NCBI RefSeq assembly: GCF_009914755.1
Contig: NC_060932.1
Strand: one strand, 5' to 3'
DNA from: the human T2T-CHM13v2.0 reference genome, Homo sapiens
Length of the DNA stretch: 64,000 nucleotides
Every line of letters begins with the position of its first letter. Position 1 is the first letter of the stretch. The notes below the pieces were generated by a model, which saw only the letters and a list, made by a program, of their open reading frames with translations, searched no databases and was not told where the DNA came from. Shown piece by piece: positions 43,601-57,777 of the stretch. Made by a program: the position numbers and the translations under genes.

Positions 43601-45298
43601 TAAATTCCTCCCTCCTTGTAAGGCATATTAGTGTAGTGTCTGGAATACAGCACACATGCCAACAGTGGCAAGTCACAACAAGAGAGACACTATTTCTGAT
43701 TATTTAAATGCCACCAAAATGTGTAATGACTGCTTTTATCATACTGGAAGGAAGGAAGGCCTGGAGGCTTCCATAGATAAACAGAAACATAGGTACAGTA
43801 TTATGGAGATAATTTTTATATCATAATTATTGTGGGTTTTAAAAATCCACTGTGTAACATTTTCGTTAAAGTTTGAAGAGTTTAAAAATATTTTGAAAAA
43901 TGGCTGAAAATGTTTAGTTAAACCAGTTTATCAGCAGATAATGAAAACAGGGAGAAATAGTAAAGTAAAAAGGAGTAAGATTCCAGCAGGCTGAGCTTCC
44001 TAATACTGGGTAGGCTTTTTATCAGAATTGCATGAGTCAGGGTTCTCTACTTTGAGTGAAATAAATTTAGTGATTCTTTGTTACCTATCCACGGAAAATA
44101 ACCTCAAGGAAACTGCCTAGATGTTAAATTGCCACATGCTTCATTGAAGTTAATGCATCTTTAACTTATCCTTGGCTTTTTAATAACCACAAAGACAAGA
44201 CACAGGAAAGAAAGGAAGGAGGGTGGGATGGAAGAGGGATGAAGGGAGAGAAAGTAAACTTCTTAAGGTGTTTTGCCTAAAGGAATTTGACATCTACAAA
44301 GCTCTACTTTTTAACTTACTGTTTCCGGATGCAATTGCACTATTTTTATAGCCTTATTTCTGGATTTATTTAGCAGAACAGCAGAGGTGGCAGAGGATTC
44401 AGTAGGAGAGTTATTCTCCACGGCGTATCTGTCAGTATTTTCTTTCCCAGTACATCTTATTTTAACCTATAGCAGCAGTAAAAATCAGAGCTCTATCCAG
44501 CAAAGTGAATATTCTTTCAGCAATGCTTCTCTGCCACAGTGTTCACCCCCACACCAGAGTATCATCACTTAGGCCTAGGTATAAGAAACCTAACTTCTTT
44601 CTTCCTCGTTTTCAGGCAAAAGGAATTAAAGCACAGTGAAACTAAAACTAAAATGCATGTAGCATAACATCAATTCAACCCATGTTTATTAACCCCTTTT
44701 GTTTTGAAAATTTAATTAAAAAATATTCTCCCAAACTAGAAACTCTCTCCACAAAGGAATCATGAAAAAAAGAACTTTCATTATTGAATAAGCATTAAAC
44801 CAGAATGTGATGTGCTAAACGGGAAACCCTGCTAAGAGATTGTAAAGACAAAAAAAAAAACCTCACTCTTTTTATATAGCCAACCAGATACAACTCACTG
44901 CATACATTTTCTCAAGATAAACAATAAAAAGTCATCCTCAAGTAAGAGGACTTGACAGTACCATTCATCACGCAGTCTGTTCCAGACTCACCTGGTAATT
45001 GTGATTACCATCCATGTCACCATAATTGACTAATTGGCTTATCCACGGTAAAAAACAAACTTCTTATATCTTTTATGACAAGAGGTAGTTTTGCAATTTG
45101 GAGCAAGTTAGGCTCTTACTCTGCTACAGAAGGGGGAAGATACATTTTGTTATCTCCTTTGTTGTTTATATTTCAAAGAGATGGCTCCTAAGTTCTTGAG
45201 AAAAGACAATGCTGGGTCTTAAAGTTGGCAAAGACCTATCTATCTAGTTTTAAAAAGTCTTTATATACAGTTCAAAGAAAGGAGAAAGTTCTTACAAT

Positions 45299-46777
45299 TG
45301 TGTCCGGAATTGGTGGATTCTTGGTCTCACTGACTTCAAGAATAAAGCTGTGGACCCTCGCGGTGAGTGTTACAGCTCTTAAGGTGGTGCGTCTGGAGTT
45401 TGTTCCTTCTGATGTTCGGATGTGTTCAGAGTTTCTTCCTTCTGGTGGGTTCGTGGTCTCGCTGACTCAGGAGCGAAGCTGCAGATCTTCCCGGTGAGTG
45501 TTACAGCTCATAAAAGCAGTGTGGACCCAAAGAGTTAGCAGTAGCAAGATTTATTGCAAAGAGCAAAAAACAAACCTTCCACCATGAGGAAAGGAACCCG
45601 AGCGGGTTGCCAATGCAGGCTCGGGCAGCCTGTTTTTATTCTCTTATCTGGCCCCACCCACATCCTGCTGATTGGTAGAGCGGAGTTGCCTGTTTTGACA
45701 GGGTGCTGATTGGTGCATTTACAATCCCTGAGCTAGATACAAAGGTTCTCCACGTCCCCATCAGATTAGTTAGATACAGAGTATCCACACAAAGATTCTC
45801 CAAGGCCCCACCAGGGCAGCTAGATACAGAGTGTCGATTAGTGCATTCACAAACCTTGAGCTAAACACAGGGTGCTGATTGGTGTGTTTACAAACCTTGA
45901 GCTTGATACAGAGTGCCGATTGGTATATTTACAATCCCTGAGCTAGACATAAAGGTTCTCCAAGGCCCCACCAGAGTAGCCAGATAGAAAGTGTGGATTG
46001 GTGCATTCACAAACCCTGAGCTAGACACAGGGTGCTGATTGGAGTGTTTACAAACCTTGAGCTAGATAGAGAGTGCCGGTTGGTGTATTTACAATCCCTG
46101 AGCTAGACATAAAGACTCTCCACGTCCCCACCAGAATCAGGAGCCCAGCTGGCTTCACCTAGTGGATCCCGCACTGGAGCTGCAGGTGGAGCTGCCTGCC
46201 AGTCCCGCGTGCTGTGCGCTCGCACTCCTCAGCCCTTGGGTGGTCAATGGGACTGGGCGCCGTGGAGCAGGGGGTGGTGCTCGTAGGGGAGCTCGGGCCG
46301 CACAGGAGCCCATGGAGTGGGTGGGAGGTTCAGGCATGGCGGGCTGTAGGTCCCGAGCCCTGCCCGCGGGAAGGCAGCTAAGGCTCGGTGAGAAATCCAA
46401 TGCAGCACCGGTGGGCTGGCACTGCTGGGGGACTCAGTACACCCTCCGCAGCCACTGGCCCGGGTACTAAGTCCCTCATTGCCCGGGGCCAGCAGGGCTG
46501 CTCCGAGTGCGGGGCCCGCCAAGCCCACGCCCACCCGGAACTCCAGCTGGCCCGCAAGCGCCACAGCAGCCCCGGTTCCCACTCGCGCCTCTCCCTCCAC
46601 ATCTCCCTGCAAGCTGAGGGAGTGGGCTCCAGCCTTGGCCAGCCCAGAAAGGGGCTCCCACAGTGCAGCTGGTGGGCTGAAGGGCTCCTCAAGTGCCACC
46701 AAAGTGGGAGCCCAGGCAGAGGAGGTGCCGAGAGCAAGCGAGGGCTCTGAGGACTGCCAGCACGCTGTCACCTCTCA
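45299..46777 (-). mobile_element. LTR12C (ERV9) solo LTR
   Basis: tgtgtccggaattggtgg...cacgctgtcacctctca termini, CpG-rich 5' part, tandem CCAAT repeats, 4-bp TSD CAAT. Confidence 0.95.
45665..46110 (-). promoter_or_regulatory. LTR12 tandem enhancer repeats with multiple CCAAT (NF-Y) boxes
   Basis: Repeated gctgattggtg...tttacaatccctgagctagatac units; NF-Y/GATA binding is established for ERV9 LTRs, activity of this copy untested. Confidence 0.7.
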
Positions 46778-47097
46778 CAATGATACATTTTCTAAAGTCA
46801 ATATTCTAGAGAGGAAGTCTTTTCCTTTACTTTCAACAAGGAGAATTAGTTCTGTTATTTTTAGTTGTTATTTGTTTTTACATCTTTCATTTATTAATTC
46901 ATACATATTCAGCAAATGTGTACTAATATCTTATCGTCTAAAACTACCAACTCTCATCAGTTTTACTATTTCACTTATTTTAACTATTACAACTTACTTT
47001 TAAAAAATTACAAATATATATATTTGCAATATAAATTTGTAAATATGTATATATTTAAATATAAACAAAACACTGAAGCAAAGTAGAGAATATGTAA

Positions 47098-47451
<354 letters not shown>

Positions 47452-47735
47452 GCTTAAAGTTATTTTTTCACAGCTATATTCCATAAATAGTAATAAATGT
47501 TTCAGGGTTTCATGTGAAACAAAATTTTAGTCTCACATAAAGTCAAGTGTTTACTAAAGACAAAAGAAAACCCCAGAGACAAATATATTTATAACTTCTT
47601 ATAGATATTTGACTACTTACATGTTACTATGGCTAATCAAGTATCAATATAAACCACTTTCATTGTGTCTAGCCAACCCAACTTATCACCAACCCAATGA
47701 GAATAGAAACAAATGCTATGTTAAAAGATCTTCTA

Positions 47736-48032
47736 TTTTTATTTATTTATTTGAGATGGAGTTTTGCTCTGTCTCCAGGCTGGAGTGCAGTGGCGCAAAT
47801 TTCGGCTCACTGCAAGCTCCGCCTCGTCGATTCACGCCATTCTCCTGCCTCAGCCTCCCAAGTAGCTGCGACTATAGGAGCCCGCCACCACGCCTGACTG
47901 AGTTTTTGTATTTTAGTAGGGACAGAGTTTCACCGTGTTAGCCAGGATGGTCTCCATCTCCTGACCTCGTGATCTGCCCACCTTGACCTCCCAAAGTGAT
48001 GGGATTACAGGCGTGAGCCACATCGCCCAGCC
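47736..48032 (-). mobile_element. AluY-like
   Basis: tgcaagctccgcc...cacgccattctcc; TSD aaagat(c/t)ttcta. Confidence 0.93.
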
Positions 48033-48142
48033 GAAAGATTTTCTAAAACATAGTATAAAAATAAGTAGCATTATAACTCCAAACTTATTAAATGTTTATT
48101 CAATCTTAAGTATAAAATCCTAAGTAAATTCCTAAATCATCA

Positions 48143-48728
48143 CACAACCATCCCCACAGGGTTGACAAGACTTGCATGCTGGGTTCTGGAAAGAAATGTA
48201 ATTATAATCAAGCATTAGTCCGGCTGCACTTCGGCCCATTTTTCTGTTGCTAAAAGTAATACAGCACCAGATGCTGACAATTTGCGTCCCCATTGTTCCT
48301 ATAGATAGGATTTTGGACATTAGGACCAAAAGACTGTTTCAGAATTGATATGTATCTTCATTGTTCCTATAAACAAGACCTCTGACTACAGAATCATAAG
48401 GCTTTTGTTTAAGGATAGCTTAAGATGTTTTTCAGGCTCCTAATTCCAGCAACCAGTTTGGAGTCCTCCACAGAGGAAAGGGATCAACACAATAACATAG
48501 CTTCTTCATATCCCATCCAAGACTTCGCTCCACAATCTCCATCCAATCAACGATCTCTACACTTTGGCTTACTCCCAAATCTCTAAAAACACTAGCCCCA
48601 AACTCTTCAGCAAGGTGGATTGGCAGTATCTTCCCGTCTCGTCCATCAGTAACCCTGTGATTAAAACTCCTCTGCTGCAACCTGGTGACATGCTGGGTGC
48701 ATAGGGCAATAAATCTATTATGGTTACA
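48143..48728 (+). mobile_element. ERV1 solo LTR (LTR29-like)
   Basis: aaccatccccacagggttgacaag start, attaaa signal, ...ggttaca end, probable TSD ATCA; family from recall. Confidence 0.6.
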
Positions 48729-48779
48729 ATCAAAAGTAAAATTTTCTTAAATAACAGCATGAAAATTATTTCTGTATAG

Positions 48780-48997
48780 CAGTGGTTCTCATCTAGGGCT
48801 CCCCACACCACTGTCCTTCAGGAGACATTTGGCAATGCCTTTTCTGGTTGTCTCAGCTAGAGAGGGATAGTGCTCCTGGCATATAGTGGGTAGAGGTCAG
48901 GGAGGCTGCTAAACTTCCTACAATGTATGGGACAGCTCCCCACAACAAAGAATTACTCAGTCCAAAATGTTTATAGTGCTGAAGTTAAGAAAACCTA
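48780..48997 (+). mobile_element. MER20 hAT-Charlie DNA transposon
   Basis: cagtggttctca...gacatttggcaatg...gtgggtagagg...ccacaacaaagaatt...caaaatgt. Confidence 0.88.
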
Positions 48998-50834
48998 ATA
49001 TATTACAGTAAATTTTGTGACAGTTGCTAATTAGTACTATTCAACTTTTCCTCCACACTGAGATGTCTAATATGGTACTGATCCTAGATTGAATGAAAAT
49101 TGGTACTGATTTGCACTAAAACACAGGATTATAAAGTATTAGTAGAACATTACTTTAACCCAATAGAAGCTTTACAATTTTATTCATTATTGAATAAGCT
49201 GACACAAAATGCTTGAAGTTGACAAGATGGTAGTGCAACAATTGTAGTACAGGGATAGAAGTTAGCCCTAAGTATTGTATTTTAACAGTTAATAAATAGT
49301 GAAAGAATTTAGCATTACATAAGAAAACTGTATCAACAAAGTGTATGGGCTATCCCCAGTTTGGCAAACTAAACCTGACGTGGACAGTGTTTCTAGTTTC
49401 TAGCCAAACAATATACACAAATTAAATCACAGTAATATCTCCACTAACAGCTAGAAAACAATGAAAAATGGCAAAAGTTTAGCTACAGAAAGTCAGATGC
49501 TTCCAAGATACAAAATTTAAAAGTTAAATAATGTTTTAAAGCATTGAATGTGATCCTTTCCTTAAAGCACTATCTGGAAAAAAAACTGAGGGTAAAGTTA
49601 TGTTTGTCCCATTAAGATTTATATTATATGAAAACAGGCATTTCTTATCAATACTTACCCTTATTAAAATCTGTTTCTTAAAATAGAAGTGACAACTCTC
49701 TTCAAAAGTCAATTAGGTATTAATTTTATTTCCCCAAACTTATGCCCAATGTATAAAATTCATTACAAATACCAGAATGGAATTTACATACTCTGTTTTC
49801 ATATAATTAAAAGTAAAAGGCATATGTCCATGGTTTGAATAGTAAAGGTATGAAATTCAATTCTGATCATGATAATTAGTTTATAGTAATTTGTGAAGGG
49901 TATCTTACATCAGGCTTTCTACTTATATAACATTCTTTTTTTGCTTAAAGCTTATAATTTTATCAAAGTAGGTAAGGCTATTTATACAATTACTTTATGT
50001 CCAGGGACCTGAAATTCCCTTTGCTGTGATTACATTGTTTCAAAATCTATTACTTCTCCAACACCATCTCTGAAACAATTTTACTATGATTGTGTTGTAT
50101 CAAAAGCTATATCCTTTATTCACCAAATAATAGAATTTTTAAAAACTTTTCTGGCACCAGACAGGAGAAACATCTTCACTCTGATTATACTTGAACAAAT
50201 CTAAGTAGTCTGCTTTCCTTTTAGAAAGGTTTTCATTTGCATTTGCCATGTTCAGGATTCAGTGCTATTTGCAAACCACTTAAAGTTCTATTCCGAAAAA
50301 ATAAACACAAATTTTCATTATCAGAGAGATTTCCAATTCATAACAAACGAAACAAAAAAGAGAAACCCTTTGAGCCATAGTTCAACTTTTTGTGCCTACT
50401 ATATTCAGAATTTTTAAAAATCTAAAACTATGTTTTAGGAATAAAACAGAAAAATGGGAAATTAATTTTCAGTAGAAGAATCAAAATTATATACGGGCAT
50501 CCTTGTCAATAGGTTAAGAAAAAATATGTTTCTAGTATCTCACAGCGGAAAGACACTTTAAAGGAAATTCAAGCTAACGTCCTCATGCCTTTCTATAAAA
50601 CACAAGTCCCAAGCCAAAAACTAAATTTGAAATTTTGTCAAAATAAGAGTAAGCTTTAAAATAGATTAAGACACTTTGGAAAGAGTTTTAAATATCATTA
50701 CAATTAGCCTAATACATATGAAAGCTTTATTTCCCCTTCTCTCTCCTTTCCTCCCTTTTTAAATTTTCTTCCTTATTTCCTTCACTAAGTGAGAAGACTT
50801 AGATATAATGATTTTCTTAATGATATTGATAATG

Positions 50835-51417
50835 TGTATCTCAGTTAGTTTTCTACTAATCCATAACATATTACCCCAACTTTAGTTGCTAAAAATAATA
50901 TATGTTTATCACTTCATTATGTCTATCTATGGGTCAGTAGCTTTAGCAAGACCTAAATAGGTTCTCTGCTTAGGGTGTCTCCTAAGGCTGTAATCAAGTT
51001 GTTGGCTACAGCTGCTGTATCATCTGAAGATTTGACTGGGGAAGGATCTGATTCTAAGCATATTCATGTGATTTTGGAAGGATAAGTTTTCTTTCAGACT
51101 TCTGGACCAAAAGCCTCAAATTCTTCCTGGCCTTTGGCCAGGAAGGCTCAGTTTCTTACTATGTGGGCCTCTCCATAGACCAGTTGACAACATGGCTACT
51201 TGCTTCAACAAAAGCACAAAGGGAGAAAGTTTGCTAGAAGACAAAAGTTGCTATATTGTATAATATAATTATGGAGGTGACATTCTATCTCCACTGTATC
51301 TTATTGGTTAGAAACAAGTCTTAAATTTTGTGTACATTTAAGAAGAGAGGATTACAGATAGACATGAATACCAGAAGAAGCGAAGCTTAGGTTACCACTT
51401 AGAGTCTGTTCCTTATA
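50835..51417 (-). mobile_element. MLT1E/F-like LTR
   Basis: aaggctgtaatcaag...catctgaagatttgactgggg...tgtgggcctctccatag...attggttagaa. Confidence 0.65.
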
Positions 51418-53074
51418 CTAGCTAAAATATACTGAACACTTAAGGTTCCAGAAACTTCTGCTTGTTCCAAAATCTTCTTTCTCTCTGTAGAGCTAACACT
51501 AGTATGTCCTGGCTAGGCATATAATGCACAGGGATAAATGCTACAAATTTTTTCCTCCCTTACAGCTAATATAGTTAGGTGACCAATTGGATAAGAGAGG
51601 AAATTATACATACAACTTGTTCCTTCCCACTTTCTAGAACTTGGATGCATTAGTAAATTATCTTTGACTACATGGTAGTACTATATAAGCATTTTACATG
51701 ATTAAACACATTTAACTATCACATACTTTTATCAGGTAGGGAATCAAATTACTCCAATATTATATCTAAGAAAAGTGAGGCAAAAAAGTAAAATATTTTG
51801 CCCAGAGACACAAAATAAATGCTGGTGCCATAATATAAACACAAAGTGTATAAACACAAACTTTAGTTTTTATTTTATCTTTATTAGTCTTCTGCTTTAC
51901 AACTTCATAATTTGCATAAGTCATCTAGTTAAATAAAAGCATTTGAAATTCAGACCGAATTATTATGACAGCAAAGAAAAACACACATCTGCATATCATG
52001 GGAAGGTTTTCCAAATACCCATTTGATTTCCTCAGAGGTGATCTCCAATTTTGGCATCACTGAAAAACATGAGCTCAGGTGGCCAAGCTTGAGAATAATT
52101 TATACTTTGATAAATATACTTTAGGTACATCCTTTATGTATGATGCAGAGTTTTCTGAACAGTTCTCTATAAGAAGAACAATCTCCACACAATAAAAAAG
52201 ACTTGACTTATCATTAAAATAAGACCTATATATAACAGAAGAAAGAACTAGAGGCTTATATTGAATGTCTTAGCATTTGACATTATTAAACAAAATAGAT
52301 TAGGTTGAATAAATTAAATAAAATAACGAATTAATTGATTACATGGCTTAATAAACACCTAAACTTAAATAGATATTTATTTTTTCTTAGTTTCTCCAGT
52401 AAATTTAAGTATTATTTTACCCTTTGGTACCAACATAAGCATTTTTGCTCTCTGAATTAATCTCTATTATTTAAAAAAAATTTTTTTAACCAGGACTATA
52501 AACACTCATATTCATACATACACATGTGCATGCACACGTGTATACACCAAGAGCAAGTTAAGTAGTGAGAAAACATCAAAACTTACTTACTAAAGTGTTA
52601 TGATAAACTGAATATCTTAGAGTTGTGATTCAAATCTGATCCAGCTGACCCAGACTTTTTGTACTATTGGCATAGCCTCTACCATCTCCATCCTCTGGTC
52701 ATCTTTTATGAGAGTTGAAACAAGAAAGCGGAGCTTTCTCTTATCAGACTTGAGATGGGAAAATAGTGTATGGGGAATCAAACCCTTTGTCATTCTAGCA
52801 TGTCCTCCAAGGAACAGGAAAACATTGCGATTTGGGGGTTAAAAATATGTTGTAGTGAGTAGGCAAATTAGCAAAACATAATATATGAATGATGAGACTA
52901 GATTGTCTATCGATTTGGAGAAATACTTATAAAACTCTCCCACTCCAATACTTGCAAAAGTCACAATATTCTTTCATCTGTACCAGTGATTCCCTATGGT
53001 AGTGACTCAAAGGAAGGACTACATGACTTCACAGAAATTTTTATTTCTTTGGATGATGACAAAAAAAAAATGGC

Positions 53075-53458
<384 letters not shown>

Positions 53459-54213
53459 TCAGTCTGTGAAAAAGGATAATTTGCGTGTGTCCACAACAAC
53501 AACGATGCAACAAACAACAACAAAATCACATACACATGTACACTTTTCTAGTTACCAGACGGGATGAGAGACAAAACCAAATTCTGTTTGTTAAGACATG
53601 GGCCTTTTGATATATTTTAACATTAATCAAGTTGCCAGCGTTACTTAAAATGACCTCTATTTTCAGTCTAATTACAATTTTTAATCTATATTTTTCCCCA
53701 TTATCATGCTGAGTGCTTTTTTAATTAAATTGTTTGTGTATTCATCTAAATGAAGTTCTCTGCTTCACGACCTCATACACTTGTCCAATTTGATAATAAT
53801 GTAAAGCAATTCAAGACTTTATTTGAAATTTTTTCATTTCATTCACTAGGTCTAAACTTAAATTTTTATGTATCAAAATGATTTCATTTTTATCATGGAC
53901 ATTTCCCTCAAAATCAAGAGTAATGTACTTTGTCCTTCATTGTAATATTTGGATATTAGCTTCTCATTACAATATTATTCATTATTAAACAAATGTTTGA
54001 ATGCTATTCTGTTCTCCATGTAATATAAATATAAAAGGAATTCCACCCTAACCAATTGTTACCTCCCCTCCACAGCACCCACTAAAAAAAAAAAAAAAAA
54101 AAAAAAAAGAAACCCTTCTGGAGTTTATCCAGAAGCTGTAGAAATCTAAAATTGTATTTGTTTTCACCCATTTGTATGGCAAGAGTGCTGAGCTAATAGA
54201 TTTTTATTTTGTA

Positions 54214-54583
54214 TTAGGTTGGCACAAATGTAATTGTGGTTCTTGCCATTACTTTTTTTTTTTCTTTTTTGAGATGGAGTCTTGCTCTGTCGCCCAGGCT
54301 CACTGCAACCTCCGCCTCCCGGGTTCACGCCATTCTCCTGCCTCAGCCTCCTGAGTAGCTGGGACTACAGGCACCTGCCAGCACGCCCAGCTAATTTTTT
54401 TTTTTTCTGTATTTTTGGTAGAGATAGGGTTTCACTTTGTTAGCCAGGATGGTCTCTATCTCCTGATCTCATTATCCGCCTGCCTCGGCCTCCCAAAGTG
54501 CTGGGATTACAAGCGTGAGCCACCGCGCCCAGCCGCCATTATTTTTAATGGCAAAAACAGCAATTACTTTTGCACCAACATAA
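54214..54583. mobile_element. MADE1 (Hsmar1-derived MITE) split at its centre by an Alu
   Basis: ttaggttggcacaaatgtaattg... and ...caattacttttgcaccaacataa arms with TA dinucleotides at both ends. Confidence 0.9.
54253..54534 (-). mobile_element. AluY/Sc-like element with a ~25-bp internal deletion
   Basis: Antisense dimer; cccaggct joined directly to cactgcaacc; TSD gccatta(c/t)tttt. Confidence 0.93.
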
Positions 54584-55007
54584 TACTTCTGCCAACTTTG
54601 AGAAAACCACCACTTTCTTCAAACCTGATTTATTTAATCTATACAAGTGAAAGAATAATATCTATGGTCGATGACACAGTTGTGATGAGATCAGATGAGA
54701 TAAAATAGTATGTTATTTTAAACTGTAAGTCAAATATTTAAAAAATGTCTATTTCATTTGATATTTTCATGAAGATTTTAAGTAAAAATACAATATGTAG
54801 TCATGAGCTCTGTTTATGTAATAGTAGACATGCCTAGGGACACTTGATTATTCTTTATATTCTGTGTCAATACTCTCATTCTCAAAGAGGATGCCTTATA
54901 TTTTCATCCATCAAAACTCATAAAGTATAACAAGAATTACAGGCTATATAAAAATGATTATGTTCCCTGTGGAGATTACATGTCAAAGGCTAGAAGTCAA
55001 AGGTAAC

Positions 55008-55610
55008 TGTGGTAGGCAGAATAATGTCTCCTCCCACCCCCTAATGATGCCCTAAGCCCGGTAGCCTCTGAATATGTTAGGTTATATGACAAAGTAACTT
55101 TGCAGTTTTGATAAAGAGTAAAGATGCTGAGATGGGAAGATTATTCCAGATTATCTTAATGGACCCAATCTAATCACATGAGTCCTAAAAGTGAAAGAGA
55201 AAACTAGAACTGTAAATCTGAAAGATAAGATAGGAGAAGGAGGAGAAAGAGGAGGAGGATATTAAGCAAGAGTGGGCTTGACCCATGCACAATTGCTCAG
55301 CCTTTGTGGTTGGAAGAAGGAAGTCAAAGAATGAAGGTTGCCTCTAAAAGTTGGGAAAGGCCTTCAGTTAACAGCCAGAAAGAAAATACAGATTTTGTTC
55401 CCATGGCAGTAAATCACTGGATCCTCTACCAACATACTGAATGAGCAAGAAAACTATTCCTCCCTTAAAGCTTCTAGAAAGCAGTGTTGCATTGCCAACA
55501 CCTTAATTTTAGCCTGGTGAGAGTTCATGTTGTATTTCTGACCTGCTAAATTATAAGATTACACATTTGTGTTGTTTATATAACATGAAGAAGGTTTGTT
55601 AAAAGTTAAC
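55008..55610 (+). mobile_element. MLT1D-like LTR
   Basis: tgtggtaggcagaataatg...actttgcag...gagatgggaagattattccagattat. Confidence 0.75.
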
Positions 55611-55779
55611 AGAACTTTGGTATTGTTGAAGAAGTTCAGCTTTACAAAGATATTTTCACACTGATCTCCTCTCCTTCTCAAATTAGATGGTACTGTTGAC
55701 AGACTGTACCACATATTGCAAAAATTCACTTCAAGCATATCCTCTGCCAAGAAATCCCCAAACAAAAAATTCACTCAAT

Positions 55780-56071
55780 TTTCTGTGCTTCTAGAGCATG
55801 CTACACATAGAAGTCTTAGACCACTTGTGATATTGCATTTTTAACTAGTGTTTACATGTCTGCTTTGCTATTAAAATTAATTTTGCTAGGGTCATGTTAT
55901 TGTTGTTCTTGTTGATGTTTCCTTCTTCTATATGGTCTTGACTGAAGCAATTTCTAAAAATATGCATGTTCAGTAAAGAAATCTGGGTAAACTTTGTCTT
56001 CCAAACCAAATTGTTAGATAGAAACAAAAAATAAAATATATTTATGTAGCCATTTTATAGTTTATAAAGCT
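55780..56071 (+). repeat. Donor of the 292-bp direct copy at 62713-63004
   Basis: 286/292 identity by eye; both copies give near-identical entries in the ORF track. Confidence 0.95.
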
Positions 56072-56076
56072 TTCCT

Positions 56077-56097
56077 ATAGATAGATAGATGATAGAT

Positions 56098-56152
<55 letters not shown>

Positions 56153-56160
56153 TGGTAGAT

Positions 56161-56221
<61 letters not shown>

Positions 56222-56224
56222 TAG
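56077..56224. repeat. Compound (GATA)n/(GACA)n tetranucleotide STR
   Basis: Directly visible; two long pure GATA blocks. Confidence 0.97.
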
Positions 56225-57325
56225 GGAGATAGAGTTAGAGATATTTGGTTAATTCTTCTTTCCTAAGATCAGAGTGTGTCCTCCTTGGTATGTAAGCAAT
56301 AGCCCTATGTTTGTAGGTTTATCTCTTCTGTCCAGTCGTACTTTCTGACTTTGTTACTTCTGATCATATTTTGATAAGATGTATTGACAAGGATTTTTAA
56401 AGCAACTGGCCTTTAGTATAGTTGCAATTCTTAGCTATGATACTGTGAAACTGCTAGTCACAGAAAACTTGAGGCAAAGTCAGCCATTTAAGCTTTGGTA
56501 TAAAAGAAAGACTATTGATTAGTATATCAATCTTTAATAATTGATTTTTAAAATCTATAAAAATATGGTTTTCTAGTCACATTCACATACAAAGGGGAAT
56601 AACTTACACTGAAAAGTTAACCATTGATTTTTTCAAATGCTTCTGATATGTAGTAATAGCTTGGATTCAATTAAGATGAGCACTAAATCCTATGTTTTTA
56701 TTATTTGTTTGCATTTAACATGGGGACAGAGTTTTATAATTTTATTGCAGTGGGGGTTCAAACATTATTTAGAGTTATCTAATTTGATGACCAACAAAGT
56801 ACTTCACAACTTGTAAATTTCAAGGTTCTGAATCTCTTTACATATGGGAATTTACAAATGGAGGGTAATTCATCTGAGCTCTCCTTCTGCCTCCCTCATG
56901 AGCATGCTGGGGGAGGCTCTCTGCCTACGTATGTCTCCTTTGTATAGCTATATATACATTCCCAGGGGACTACCTTCTTCAAAGGAAGTCAGAACAGTTA
57001 AATACAGTAAAAAATAACAAAAATTCAGAATGTTTTATAAATCTTGTGAAGTATAGTCATCCTTGTTTGCTGCTGCAGGATAAAGAATTCTCTATTTGTC
57101 CAGAACTTCATTTAGCCTCACTCAGCTGAACATCAATAGACTTACCCATGAGAAACATTGAAGGAAAAGATTGGGAACTTGTAGGCTGTCTTATGTTCCC
57201 CAGTTTCTTACTTGTAATAACAAATATTGAGCCATCTCTGTATTTCTTTTCTTTAATATCATTCTGCTCTTTCCTTTTCTACTTTAAACAAAATGAGTAG
57301 GAATCTCTTATTTACCCGTTCTTTC

Positions 57326-57331
<6 letters not shown>

Positions 57332-57364
<33 letters not shown>
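57332..57364. repeat. (TA)n microsatellite
   Basis: Directly visible. Confidence 0.95.
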
Positions 57365-57367
<3 letters not shown>

Positions 57368-57777
57368 ATATATGCTCATAAACACACACACACACTCATA
57401 TTCACCCAATAAAAACACACACATACAGACACACATACACATTATTTAACTCTATTTCAATAATAAAATATTTTATTTCATTTACAAAATAAATTTCAGG
57501 TATTAACATGCATGCAAAAAATGATCTGAGGTAAATCAAGGAGTACCAAAAATTTACCTAGGGATGTACATAATTAATTCTATGTTCACGTTTTCTTAAT
57601 TTTTTTTTTTGACAATTGATAATGGTTAGAGACCCAAGCAGTATAACTCAGCATCTTTTTTCTTTGGAGATGCTAATATTTTTAATGATATTGACTTAGT
57701 CACTGGTGGTTTATCTTATGGAACCACCATGGGTTATATATTCTGTGATGATAATAATAGTTGTTTTTGAGATAGTA

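Larger units (their letters stand above)
44700..46882 (-). mobile_element. Older ERV1 LTR (MER67-like) split by the LTR12 insertion
   Basis: LTR-like sequence continues across the CAAT TSD; reverse complement starts tgtaaaaacaaata...taattctccttgttgaaa; family from recall. Confidence 0.5.

Noticed and set aside
43500-43623. Polypyrimidine-CAG acceptor with a possible downstream GTAAGG donor (similar acceptors near 35975 and 39238)
   Set aside because: Such motifs are frequent in AT-rich DNA; cannot be called exons without transcript data
45665-46110. Repeat-spacer-like array resembling CRISPR
   Set aside because: Known LTR12 internal tandem repeats; no unique spacers or cas genes, eukaryotic context
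46155-47003. Cluster of overlapping 100-175 aa ORFs
   Set aside because: All lie in the GC-rich part of LTR12C, where stop codons are scarce; no recognisable protein
47008-47058. AT-rich palindrome ttacaaatatatatatttgcaa
   Set aside because: Low-complexity TA sequence is self-complementary by composition
54084-54108. Isolated 25-nt poly-A tract, possibly a tiny retro-insertion
   Set aside because: No convincing TSD or recognisable body
55845-56027. Near-identical ORFs at 55845-56027 and 62778-62972 suggesting a gene pair
   Set aside because: By-product of the 292-bp DNA duplication; no coding signal
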